A DNA stretch of 64,000 nt, from assembly GCA_963733095.1 (NCBI GenBank), contig CAVTBV010000016.1, forward strand, positions 32,001-96,000. Reading direction: 5' to 3'. Made by a program: the position numbers and the translations under genes. Below are positions 38,110-47,248 of this stretch, in pieces (positions within the stretch are counted from its first letter, which is position 1; every line of letters begins with the position of its first letter). Origin of the DNA: Candidatus Bathyarchaeota archaeon. Lineage in GTDB: Archaea; Thermoproteota; Bathyarchaeia; Bathyarchaeales; Bathycorpusculaceae. The notes below the pieces were generated by a model. The model was given only the letters and a program-made list of their open reading frames with translations. It ran no database searches and had not been told where the DNA came from.

Positions 38110-38866
38110 TTGCTGATGCCTCCAGTTGAGTTATGAGTGGTTCGGTTTCGCCTATGGAGAAGATGAAGTCCAAGATTGTTTGGCAACGTATACCATTTGC
38201 GTCTTCGATTACTACTAGGGCTTGGTGACGTTTTTTAGCTTCGGTCTTTTCGATTTCAACTATCTTGCCTTGTGTGCCGATGTTTTTTCCGCCAGTAATT
38301 ACTGCCAAGTTTCCTTCTTTAGTTTTCAAAGTTTGGACGACTTGTTTTTCTGGATAGGTTACTTTGAGGATGTCGAATGTTTCGTATGTGACTTCTTGCG
38401 GGTTTTTTGGGTCTGTGACTTTTATGAGCATGTTGGAGCCGTCGTGGAGTGCGATTTGAACGCCGTTGTGGACGGTGGCTTTGTCTTCGACGCGCAGGAG
38501 TGTTGTGTTGGATTCTTCTTTGCTGATTGGAGCTAAAACCAGTCCTTTGTGTGAGGGCATTACACGGTAGTATTTGCCCATCTCAGGCATAGTTATAACA
38601 TCCATTAAGCCAACTGGAGAATCGTCTTTTTTGCGGATTTTGCCGTTAACGAGTACTTTGCCTTGAGCGAGTATCATTTGACCTTCTTTACGTGTTTGTG
38701 CAACACCTAGCATATCTCTAAGAACTAGCGTTAAAGGTAGACACTCATGAAGCGAATGTGAACCTGACGAGGGCTTTACTACCCACGGCAGTTCTTTTCT
38801 ATGAATTGGCCAGAATGCTGGCGCTGGCTTACGTTTCAGCCTTGCAGTTTTTCCTTTTTTACCCAA
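38102..38866 (-). CDS. rps4e: 30S ribosomal protein eS4
   Basis: LKR.PAP.FWPI.RK, PVGLMDVI. Confidence 0.96.
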   Translation of the reverse strand: MGKKGKTARLKRKPAPAFWPIHRKELPWVVKPSSGSHSLHECLPLTLVLRDMLGVAQTRKEGQMILAQGKVLVNGKIRKKDDSPVGLMDVITMPEMGKYYRVMPSHKGLVLAPISKEESNTTLLRVEDKATVHNGVQIALHDGSNMLIKVTDPKNPQEVTYETFDILKVTYPEKQVVQTLKTKEGNLAVITGGKNIGTQGKIVEIEKTEAKKRHQALVVIEDANGIRCQTILDFIFSIGETEPLITQLEASASV

Positions 38867-38868
38867 TT

Positions 38869-39534
38869 TTATTGTCCTCCCTTAGTTTTTCCAGAGGCTT
38901 TTGATTTAGCACTTGCTTTAGGTGCGGTTTCTTTTTCCTCTGTCTTTTTTACGGTTTGTGCCTTCTTTGCAGGGGCAGCCTTCTTGGCAGCAGGTTTCTT
39001 TGCTGCAGGTGCCTCTTCTGTCGCCATCTCTGGAGCCTGCTCTTTTGTAACTTCAGGCACTGCTTCTTCTTCAACCAGTGTGACTTTTTTAACCTTAGCT
39101 GCAGCCTTTTCTGCTTTCTTTGCTGGTTTAGCTTTTGGTTTTTCAGCTTTTACTGGTTTTTTGACAGCCTTCTTTCTTTCAAGGATGTTCTTGCGCCATT
39201 TATCGTCGAGATTGAGGCTGCGTATTTGGACTTTAGATGGATGAACTGAGATGAATATGTTCGTTCCATCAACTTTTTCTCGGGTTAATCCTTCAAGGTA
39301 AATGCGATATGCTTTTAGGTCAACACGTGAAACTTTGCCTTCAAAGCCTTTGTTGTCGCCGCGTTTGATTTGTACAGTGTCACCTTTTCTTACTGGAAGG
39401 GTCTTTGCGCCTCTTGAAGCAGCAAGCTCATTTGATAACGGGGCTGCCATAAGTTTATGGCGTATATGAGCGGGAGCATTAAAGAGTCTTTTTCTTTGTT
39501 TACCCGGGTTCTTTACTCGTTTTGTATCTTGCAT
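38869..39534 (-). CDS. rpl24: 50S ribosomal protein uL24 with long Lys/Ala/Glu-rich tail
   Basis: PGKQRKRLFNAP, VRKGDTV, HPSKV; start set at MQDTK to avoid overlap with rpl14. Confidence 0.95.
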   Translation of the reverse strand: MQDTKRVKNPGKQRKRLFNAPAHIRHKLMAAPLSNELAASRGAKTLPVRKGDTVQIKRGDNKGFEGKVSRVDLKAYRIYLEGLTREKVDGTNIFISVHPSKVQIRSLNLDDKWRKNILERKKAVKKPVKAEKPKAKPAKKAEKAAAKVKKVTLVEEEAVPEVTKEQAPEMATEEAPAAKKPAAKKAAPAKKAQTVKKTEEKETAPKASAKSKASGKTKGGQ

Positions 39535-39545
39535 TATCTTTACAC

Positions 39546-39986
39546 CTATACAATTATGCTGGAGGCACTTGCGATTCTTGGCCATCTTTCAGCTGCTTCT
39601 CTTGCTACTGGACCGCGTATTTCTGAACCCTTCATTTCACCGTCGGGTGTGATTATTACTGCGGCATTATCTTCAAATTGGACCCAAACCCCGTCAACAC
39701 GCCTAAAGCATTTCCTTTGGCGGACGATTACTGCTTGAAAAATCTTTTTGCGCATATCAGGTGATCCTTGACGTACGGAAACTGTGACTTTGTCACCTAC
39801 GGTGGCGGAAGGGTAACGTCTTAGTCTTCCTTTGTAACCCATAGCTTGAATCAGTCGCAAAACACGTGCGCCTGTATTATCGGTACATTTCATTTCGGAT
39901 CCTGCTAAAAGTCCACGACTGATTTTTTGTCCGTGTGAAAGCATACCTTTTGCTACGAGTGCTCTCTGTTTCGCTTTCGCGGCCAT
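39546..39986 (-). CDS. rpl14: 50S ribosomal protein uL14
   Basis: DNTGA, FEDNAAVI, GPVAREAAERWP. Confidence 0.97.
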   Translation of the reverse strand: MAAKAKQRALVAKGMLSHGQKISRGLLAGSEMKCTDNTGARVLRLIQAMGYKGRLRRYPSATVGDKVTVSVRQGSPDMRKKIFQAVIVRQRKCFRRVDGVWVQFEDNAAVIITPDGEMKGSEIRGPVAREAAERWPRIASASSIIV

Positions 39987-39987
39987 T

Positions 39988-40308
39988 CTACTTTTCCTCT
40001 CCTAATTTCTCAACAACCACGAATGATACTGTTTTGCTGACTGGTCGGCATTCTGCGATTTTCACGCGGTCGCCCTCTTTTACGTCGATGCATGGTGGAT
40101 TGTGTGAGGGGATGTGTCCGTGTCGTCTTTCGTAGCGAACGAATTTTGATGAGAATTGTAGGAATTCTCTGTCAACGATAACGGTCTTATCCATCTTTGA
40201 AGTGTGAACGACGCCTTCCAGTACACGTCCACGTATGGAAAGTGTTCCGTGGAATGGACAATTTCGGTCGTCACATGTCTTTTTAGGTTTCTTGAAAGTC
40301 ATTGACAT
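39988..40308 (-). CDS. rps17: 30S ribosomal protein uS17
   Basis: CPFHG.LSIRG, AECRPVSKT. Confidence 0.97.
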   Translation of the reverse strand: MSMTFKKPKKTCDDRNCPFHGTLSIRGRVLEGVVHTSKMDKTVIVDREFLQFSSKFVRYERRHGHIPSHNPPCIDVKEGDRVKIAECRPVSKTVSFVVVEKLGEEK

Positions 40309-40309
40309 A

Positions 40310-40591
40310 TTACCATAACCTCTTTACGCCTTTTTTTAGCCTGTCTTCAGACCTACCAACTAATAGGTTACCGTCAATTTCTACTGTTGTTCCATCACCA
40401 AACTTGAAGTCAAAAACTGCCAAGTCTTTTATGACACTTTTAGGTTGACCTTGATGAATTAGAGTAAGTGTGTTTCTTGTTTCAGCTACTATCGGACCAG
40501 CCAATCCAAGGTAACCTGCATGATTGCTCTGCGCGATTTTTGCGTGAGTGCCTATAAACTCATAACGGATGATGTCGGGTGTTACTTTCAT
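40310..40591 (-). CDS. rnp1: Ribonuclease P protein subunit Rpp29
   Basis: EFIG, ETRNTL, IDG.LL.GR.EDRLKK; operon position. Confidence 0.92.
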   Translation of the reverse strand: MKVTPDIIRYEFIGTHAKIAQSNHAGYLGLAGPIVAETRNTLTLIHQGQPKSVIKDLAVFDFKFGDGTTVEIDGNLLVGRSEDRLKKGVKRLW

Positions 40592-40904
40592 TAGGAAACA
40601 GTCTCCTTGTCTGCTTTCGTGGCTTTGGGTGCTTTGGCTGGTTTTAGTTTTTTGCTGGTTTTCCAGTTTTCTTTGCTGGTTTTTGCTCTTTCGCTTCAGC
40701 TGGTTGCCTTATGCCAAGTTTCTTTTCGTTTTGGATAGTTAATATTTGAGCGATCGTTCGGCGCAGTTCCCGCATTCGTGTTGGGTTTTCTACGGCACCG
40801 CCTGCATTAACCATGGTTCTGATGCGGGCTAGTTCAATTCGTAAGTCTGCCAGTTTGTTTTCTCTATCTTCAGTTGACAGGGCATTGATTTCTTTTACGC
40901 GCAT
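40591..40904 (-). CDS. rpl29: 50S ribosomal protein uL29 (tail probably extends to 40591 across a 1-nt indel)
   Basis: GGAVENP.R.RELRRTIAQILT; adding one A in the run at 40648-40653 gives KLKPAKAPKATKADKETVS* overlapping the rnp1 start. Confidence 0.92.
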
Positions 40905-41659
40905 TATTCTTTTGCCTCCTCAGGTTTTGATTCTGGTTTGGGTTCATCAACAACTTCTTTGGCTTGCACTTCGGGTTCTGGCTCTGGTTCAGGTGATGGT
41001 TCAACTGGAGCTGTTGGGGGGGCAGGTGCTGGTTGTGGAACAGTTACTTTTTCTTCTTCTGGTGCTGGCGCCACGATTGTAACTTTGTCAGGGAAATATG
41101 CGTCTGAAGGCATGATTTTTACTCGTACACCGATAATGCCTGGTTTTAGTTGAACATGGGCTTCAGCGGTTTTCATAGCTTTCAATGCTGGTTCACCGAC
41201 TATTGGAAAGTGGCCTGCCTTGAATTTTTCGAAACGCGCGCGCTCTGTTGTGAGTTTGCCGCTGATCACTATTTCAGCGCCTAATGCGCCGGCTTCCATA
41301 ACTTGGTTGAGTGCCCAGAAGCCTGCACGTCTAAAATGAACACCTCGCTCAAGGGCTGAGGCAACACGGTTTGCGACAACGTGGGCGTTGAATTCTGGAA
41401 CTTCGATTTCTGAAACGGATATTTGCGGGTTGGAAACTTTGAAATTTTGCTCAAGGGCTGAGGCCAGCTCTTTGATGGTTTCACCGCCTCTACCGATAAC
41501 TAAGCCTGGACGCATAGCGTAGATGACCACGTGGGTACCCAGTGGTGTTTTCGACAGGTTTACTCCGCCGTAGCCTGCGCGTTCAAGCTTTTTCTGTAAA
41601 AACTCATCTATTTCTGTTCTTTTAATTGATTCTGTGATGAAACGTTTGACTATGCTCAT
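40904..41659 (-). CDS. rps3: 30S ribosomal protein uS3 with Pro/Glu-rich tail
   Basis: RPGLVIGRGG, GAEIVISGKL. Confidence 0.97.
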   Translation of the reverse strand: MSIVKRFITESIKRTEIDEFLQKKLERAGYGGVNLSKTPLGTHVVIYAMRPGLVIGRGGETIKELASALEQNFKVSNPQISVSEIEVPEFNAHVVANRVASALERGVHFRRAGFWALNQVMEAGALGAEIVISGKLTTERARFEKFKAGHFPIVGEPALKAMKTAEAHVQLKPGIIGVRVKIMPSDAYFPDKVTIVAPAPEEEKVTVPQPAPAPPTAPVEPSPEPEPEPEVQAKEVVDEPKPESKPEEAKE

Positions 41660-42145
41660 TTATTGTTCTCCTTGGGTCGGTTTCTCTTCTAGGACTATTT
41701 CGACGTGTGTTGTTTTGTCGAATTTTGGTGATGCTCTGCCGTGTGCTCTTGGCGTGAAACGCTTAAGTTTTATGCCTTGGTACGCTGCTGCATGCATGAT
41801 TCTGAGTCGGTCGACGTCTAAGCCTTTGTTTTCTGCGTTAGCTTGGGCTGCTTCGATGATGTGAAGGATTTGTTCGGCGCATTTTATTGGGAACCTACCT
41901 ACGCAGTGATTTTCTAATCCGCCTTTATGTCCTAACTTTTTGGTGTACCTGGAATATGGAACGGCTTTTTTCTTAATCATTACGTCGCGTAAAAAGTCCT
42001 TGGATTGAACAAGATTCATGCCCTTAACAGCTCTGCAGACTTCCCTTGCGGCTTTATGGGATACCTTAAGTTCTCTACCGCTGGCTTTCGCTGTTTTTTC
42101 TGGATTGAGCATTTCTTCAATTATTGAGTATCCCCATTTTGGCAT
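41660..42145 (-). CDS. rpl22: 50S ribosomal protein uL22
   Basis: MPKWGYS, GRFPIK, PRAHGRA. Confidence 0.96.
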   Translation of the reverse strand: MPKWGYSIIEEMLNPEKTAKASGRELKVSHKAAREVCRAVKGMNLVQSKDFLRDVMIKKKAVPYSRYTKKLGHKGGLENHCVGRFPIKCAEQILHIIEAAQANAENKGLDVDRLRIMHAAAYQGIKLKRFTPRAHGRASPKFDKTTHVEIVLEEKPTQGEQ

Positions 42146-42430
42146 AGATATTTTCTCCAGTGCGCATTCAAACACGTAAAAGCAATTTATATGGCTTTCC
42201 GTATCACAACTAAGATTTTACTCTTAATAGACTAAGTGGGTGTTCCTGCGAGGGAACTATTCGAACGCGTGAGGTGTATAGTTTTTGGATTGCGTTTAGG
42301 CTTTTATAGTTTACCCAAAGAACTCTATTGAAAAAGAGAATTAGGACTATTTTTGGGACTTTTAGTTGTTCTGCACACTTTCTGTTATTTAAAAAGCTGC
42401 ATAATGACCATATCCAAATGAGCAAACCGT

Positions 42431-42875
42431 TCAAGATCGGTTCTTTTTCATGCGGTTATTTCTTTTTTCTTCACTGTTTTGCCAGAAGACTCTTTCTTTT
42501 GAGACATCGCCAACGAACCAACTGTGGCGATTAGAGCCGTTGTGACTATGACAATTAACTCCAAGAACACTAAAAACAAAGACCAGAGTAGCTAGCAGAA
42601 CGGCTCTGGGACTGTTAAAATGACTTTGCGGATGTTCAACCATATGCCACCATATAGCAAGATGTAAGCTAGAGCCAAAGCCACAAGGTAGGGTGAAAAA
42701 CTCTTTACCGCTGTTGGGTCAAACAACCCAAAAATTGGGCCGAAAAGAACCTGATAAATATCAGTAAAAGCGTGTCAGGCACGCCGGTCTCATTGAAAAG
42801 GTAGTTAGCTAAGAACCGAATCAAAATTATTAACGTACTGATCGTGAGTGCTATCCAAACGGAATAAAACAAGCA
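42431..42875 (-). pseudogene. Fragment of a cation/proton antiporter (NhaP-like N-terminus)
   Basis: Across frames: LANYLFNETGVPDTLLLIF..GPIFGLFD..PYLVALALAYILLYGGM..SPRAVLLATL. Confidence 0.5.
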
Positions 42876-43010
42876 TTACCAAACACACCTTTACTTTGAA
42901 GGCTTTTTAAAATTTATGGCAATAAACTTCATTGACTTAGGAGTAAGAAAATAGAAACAGCACAACCTATTTCCTAAGTTAAACAATCAGTTCCGAAACA
43001 AAGCGCGTCC

Positions 43011-44540
43011 CTATTCGTCTTTTTCTTTTGTTTTCTTTTCGTTTTTGGTTCTGGATCTGCCCTTGGAAATTTTCGGGAAAGAAGAATACAACCCAGCGGC
43101 TCTTGACCGAATAATTTGCTTTGTTTCAACCGTAACAGGAGATTTTGCAATCAGATCGTCGAGTTTTTTCCTGCTTTCCTCAATACGTGCGTTGAATTCT
43201 GTATTGGATATTTTGCCCTCAGCATTTAGCTTCTTTAATTCTTTAATGTTTGAAGCCATTATTTCGAATTGTTTGTCAATTATGATTTCTGAACCACCAC
43301 TTTCAGTTTGCGGGATTTTTTTCCTGACGTACCTAAACAGCAAGGGCACCTGGAAAACTATTGATATAAACGCTACACCCAGCACCATTGTATTGATAGT
43401 TTGGATATCGCCTATAGTAATAACTGCTGAAGCGGTAATCGTAGCCGCTAATGCTATGGACAGGGCACCTTTGACTCCGCCAATCATGGCGACGTTGCGC
43501 CAGACCACAGATATTTTGTCCCCAAATTTACTGAAGATACTCAAAATCGGGTAAACCGCGACGGCTCTAGCGGCTACTACCGCGAGGTAGGCGGCGATAA
43601 TTACCAGAATTGATTCAGATAGAGTAATTATGTTTGTTTGGAAACCAATAATTAAGAAAGCTACTGAGTTACCAAGGAAGGCTGCGACCGCCCAGAAACT
43701 GATCACAGCTTCTCTTGTGGCAGGCTCCATGGCAGAACGCATCGTATAGTTGCCAAAGTATAATCCTGCGACGGCGACCGCTATCAGCCCTGAGGCACCT
43801 ATTCCAGTTGCCAGTGCGTATGACCCATAAACCACCGCAATCGCAAGTATCGTTTCGGCTACACTGTCCTCTATCAAGCTCGATAGTACTTCACCTAAAA
43901 ATGCGACTGCTAACCCGATTAAGACTCCAGCGCCAAGAGTAAACCCGAAATTGAATAATGTTTGGGTAACTGAGAATTGTTGAACACCGACAGTTGAGAG
44001 GATTATTGTGAAGATGACGATGCCTGTTGCGTCGTTGAAAGCTGCTTCGGTGTCGAGCAATGTCGATAATTTGGAAGGAACTTTGACTCGCCGAAAAACC
44101 TCTAAAACCGTGACTGTGTCGGTGGGAGCAATTAAAGCGGCAAAAAGAAAAGCAACGTATGGAGATAAACCGACCACTTTCCACAAGATTAATCCTCCAA
44201 CCAAAGTCGCTATCAAGACGCCCATGGTTGCTAAAGCTAACGAAGGCTTGATTACCGCCCGTAGGTCACTTGCCCGAAGATGAATCATGGCTTCAAAAAT
44301 CAGTGGAGGAACAACTAAGCCCACGAATAGCCCGCCTTGAATAAGTTGTGTGAAAATTGACTTCAACTGTAAAGTTAAGTTAGATCCTCCTTGAGAAACC
44401 AATAGATATGAAACAACAGTAATAGCGACGCCTGCCAAAACCAGAACCAAAGTGTAGGGTACCTTGAGCTTGTTAGATAGAACTGCCGCTAAGAAGGCCA
44501 CGAGCAGAAATGCCGCAATCACAATTTCAATGCTAGGCAT
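43011..44540 (-). CDS. CPA1 Na+/H+ antiporter
   Basis: PPLIFEA, IAPTD.V.V, EAAFNDATGIV, GG.KGALSIALA. Confidence 0.93.
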   Translation of the reverse strand: MPSIEIVIAAFLLVAFLAAVLSNKLKVPYTLVLVLAGVAITVVSYLLVSQGGSNLTLQLKSIFTQLIQGGLFVGLVVPPLIFEAMIHLRASDLRAVIKPSLALATMGVLIATLVGGLILWKVVGLSPYVAFLFAALIAPTDTVTVLEVFRRVKVPSKLSTLLDTEAAFNDATGIVIFTIILSTVGVQQFSVTQTLFNFGFTLGAGVLIGLAVAFLGEVLSSLIEDSVAETILAIAVVYGSYALATGIGASGLIAVAVAGLYFGNYTMRSAMEPATREAVISFWAVAAFLGNSVAFLIIGFQTNIITLSESILVIIAAYLAVVAARAVAVYPILSIFSKFGDKISVVWRNVAMIGGVKGALSIALAATITASAVITIGDIQTINTMVLGVAFISIVFQVPLLFRYVRKKIPQTESGGSEIIIDKQFEIMASNIKELKKLNAEGKISNTEFNARIEESRKKLDDLIAKSPVTVETKQIIRSRAAGLYSSFPKISKGRSRTKNEKKTKEKDE

Positions 44541-44806
44541 CAGACATTCGCCACCCTTATGTGGAATTTGTTTGAATTTGTTCTAATTTCTGCTAAGTCC
44601 TTAATCAACCTGTCTAGTTGCCTTAAATCAAACCAATGATTTTTCAGATATTTTTCCGAGTAAATCGCACAACAGTCTTTGTGAGCCGGCCGTTGCTTGT
44701 AATAACTCTAAGTAGACAAAGCTGTTTTTTGCAGTAAATTACGATGTGTTTATTTTTCACGCTCATGTAGTCTAATTAAGTAATAAAAACGAGAAGACAG
44801 AAAATC

Positions 44807-45871
44807 ATGGATAAAACCGAGAAAATTACTATGCTGCACGGTGCCGGCGGCTCAGTCATGCATGACCTCGTCAAAAACTACATCGTAAAATATTTTGGCG
44901 GATTAGAAAACACCGCGGAGGTTCCCTTGGAAGCGATGGATGATGCAGCAGTTATTGGCGACTTAGTTTTAAAAAGCGATTCCCACGCGGTGAAGCCTAT
45001 CTTTTTCCCAGGAGGAGACATTGGGCGTTTATCGATTTCAGGTACTGTAAATGATATTTCGTGTCTGGGTGCAGAGCCTTATGCTTTGGCTTGTGGACTT
45101 ATCCTTGAGGAAGGCTTGTTGTTGTCTGATTTGGAGCATATCCTTTCCAGTATGAGGCAGGCGTGTATCGAAGCGGGTGTAAGTATTGTTACGGGTGACA
45201 CTAAGGTGGTGGAGAAGGGCAGTTTAGGCGGCTGCGTTATGAATGTTTCAGGTATAGGAAGGAGAACCCCAGCCCTCGAAAGCAACCTCAGCGTGGTCAA
45301 AGAATATCGGGAACTTAAAGCACGTTGGACACTTGATTCTAACCTTGCCGCTGGCGACAGAATTATATTGTCAGGCACCCTTGGCGACCATGGCTTAGCA
45401 GTGCTTTCAGCACAACAGGGATTGAAGTTTGGAAGCCAAATACTCTCCGATGTTAAACCGCTCAACAAAATGATGCAAAACTTATTGGGAACCGTGGGTG
45501 GAGTTGTCGCTATGAAGGACCCTACGCGAGGCGGATTAGCAGACGCAACCAATGAATGGGCAGAAAAATCCAAAATAGGCGTTTTAATTCATGAAAACAA
45601 AGTCCCCATCCGGGCAGACGTACAAACTGCGTGTGATATGCTGGGTTTGGATCCTTTGGAAGTGGGTAACGAAGGCAAAATCATCATTGGCGTTGTCCCA
45701 GAAAAGGCAGATGAAGCAGTCGAATTTCTAAAGAAAACTAAAGAAGGTAAGGATGCCCAAATAATAGGTGAAACCACAACTGAATTCAAAGGAGTAGCGA
45801 TGCAGACGGTGGTGGGCGGCAAAAGAATAATTGCAAAGCCAGTAGGCGACCCCGTGCCGAGAATCTGTTAA
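44807..45871 (+). CDS. hypE: Hydrogenase maturation protein HypE
   Basis: HGAGG, FFPGGDIG, DPTRGG, C-terminal PRIC. Confidence 0.97.
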   Translation: MDKTEKITMLHGAGGSVMHDLVKNYIVKYFGGLENTAEVPLEAMDDAAVIGDLVLKSDSHAVKPIFFPGGDIGRLSISGTVNDISCLGAEPYALACGLILEEGLLLSDLEHILSSMRQACIEAGVSIVTGDTKVVEKGSLGGCVMNVSGIGRRTPALESNLSVVKEYRELKARWTLDSNLAAGDRIILSGTLGDHGLAVLSAQQGLKFGSQILSDVKPLNKMMQNLLGTVGGVVAMKDPTRGGLADATNEWAEKSKIGVLIHENKVPIRADVQTACDMLGLDPLEVGNEGKIIIGVVPEKADEAVEFLKKTKEGKDAQIIGETTTEFKGVAMQTVVGGKRIIAKPVGDPVPRIC

Positions 45872-46956
45872 CCCAAAACTGCCACATTTTTTGCCCACAC
45901 ACGGCATGTGCCTTCGCTGCTAACCATGCAGGCGCCGACCGGGTGGGCGGGTGTGCAGGCTTTCATGAACAGGGGGCACTCTTTGGGCTTGATTTTTCCG
46001 ATGATTACAAGGTGGCATTCACATCCAAAGTTGATGTCTCTTCCTTCTTTAACGTGGACGTCGAATTTTTCTCTGGCATCAAATTTTTTGAGCGACTCCT
46101 GCAGTTGTAAAGCGGAGTCAGGAAGTCTGCCGATGCCGCGCCAGTTCCCCGCTGTAACTGTGAAGGCTCTCTGCATCATTTCAAGTGCTTTGGGGTTTCC
46201 TTCAGGCTTAACCACACGCGAATATTCATTCTCTAATCTTGCGTCACTTTCGCTGACCTGTTTGAGAAGCATGTACAGGGACATTAACACGTCGTTGGGT
46301 TCAAAACCAGCCACAACGGTGGGCATCCGGTAAACTCGGGTAAATAACTCGTAAGGTTTCAAGCCTATGATGGCGCTCACATGTCCAGGTGCTATGAAGC
46401 CGTCAATTTGCAGGTCGCCAACGCCAAGCAACAATTCCATGGCTGGCGGAATTAGTCGGTGAGAAACAAGGAAGCTAAAGTTTTTGGGCAAATCTCCGAG
46501 CGCTTCAAGGGCGGTGATGGGTGCTGTAGTTTCAAATCCGACAGCGTGGAACACAAACTGTTTGGTTGGTTCCTGTTTAGCCATTTCAACCGCATCAGAG
46601 ACGGCATAGACGATTCTGACGTCAGCGCCAGCTGCCTTGGCTTCTAAAAGCGAGGATTGGCTACCTGGCACCCGCAAAACATCGCCAAAGCACGTTATAA
46701 CAACGCCTTTCTGGGATAGTTGCACTGCCTCGTCAATTTCTGCAGCGGGAACGATGCATACGGGGCATCCGGGTCCAGCGATAACTTCAACGTTTTTAGG
46801 CAGTAGACTGCGCAGACCAAAGTGTGTTATTGTCCATTCGTGAGTCCCGCAAACGTGGCAAAACTTTACCATCGACTTCTTTGGAGCCATTTCCTTGATT
46901 TTTTCAGCGATGCTATGTGCCATTTCAGGGTTTCGAAACTTTAGGTTTTGTGCCAT
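45868..46956 (-). CDS. hypD: Hydrogenase maturation protein HypD
   Basis: HVCGTHE, GPGCPVC, GFETT, PGHVS, GACMVS.EG.C. Confidence 0.97.
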   Translation of the reverse strand: MAQNLKFRNPEMAHSIAEKIKEMAPKKSMVKFCHVCGTHEWTITHFGLRSLLPKNVEVIAGPGCPVCIVPAAEIDEAVQLSQKGVVITCFGDVLRVPGSQSSLLEAKAAGADVRIVYAVSDAVEMAKQEPTKQFVFHAVGFETTAPITALEALGDLPKNFSFLVSHRLIPPAMELLLGVGDLQIDGFIAPGHVSAIIGLKPYELFTRVYRMPTVVAGFEPNDVLMSLYMLLKQVSESDARLENEYSRVVKPEGNPKALEMMQRAFTVTAGNWRGIGRLPDSALQLQESLKKFDAREKFDVHVKEGRDINFGCECHLVIIGKIKPKECPLFMKACTPAHPVGACMVSSEGTCRVWAKNVAVLG

Positions 46957-46972
46957 GCTCTCAACTGCCAGT

Positions 46973-47197
46973 TTATTCTCCAGCAGCGTCTAAAACTTCG
47001 TTCCAAAGACTAAGGGTTTCTAAGGCTTCTTTTTCCTCCAAAACTTGAATAGCGTAGCCCGCGTGGACCAACACATACTCGCCGACTTTAGCCTCAACAA
47101 GCGATATGTTAACATCGCGCAAAACGCCCTGACCGAAATCCACATGGGCTGTTGTGCCGTCGAGGCTCATTATTTTTGCAGGAATTGCTAAACACAT
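46973..47197 (-). CDS. hypC: Hydrogenase maturation chaperone HypC
   Basis: MCLAIP, YVLVHAGYA. Confidence 0.97.
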   Translation of the reverse strand: MCLAIPAKIMSLDGTTAHVDFGQGVLRDVNISLVEAKVGEYVLVHAGYAIQVLEEKEALETLSLWNEVLDAAGE

Positions 47198-47248
47198 AAG
47201 ATATCAACTATCAAAAGAGGGTTTGAGGGGCGATAAAAACAGATTGGT

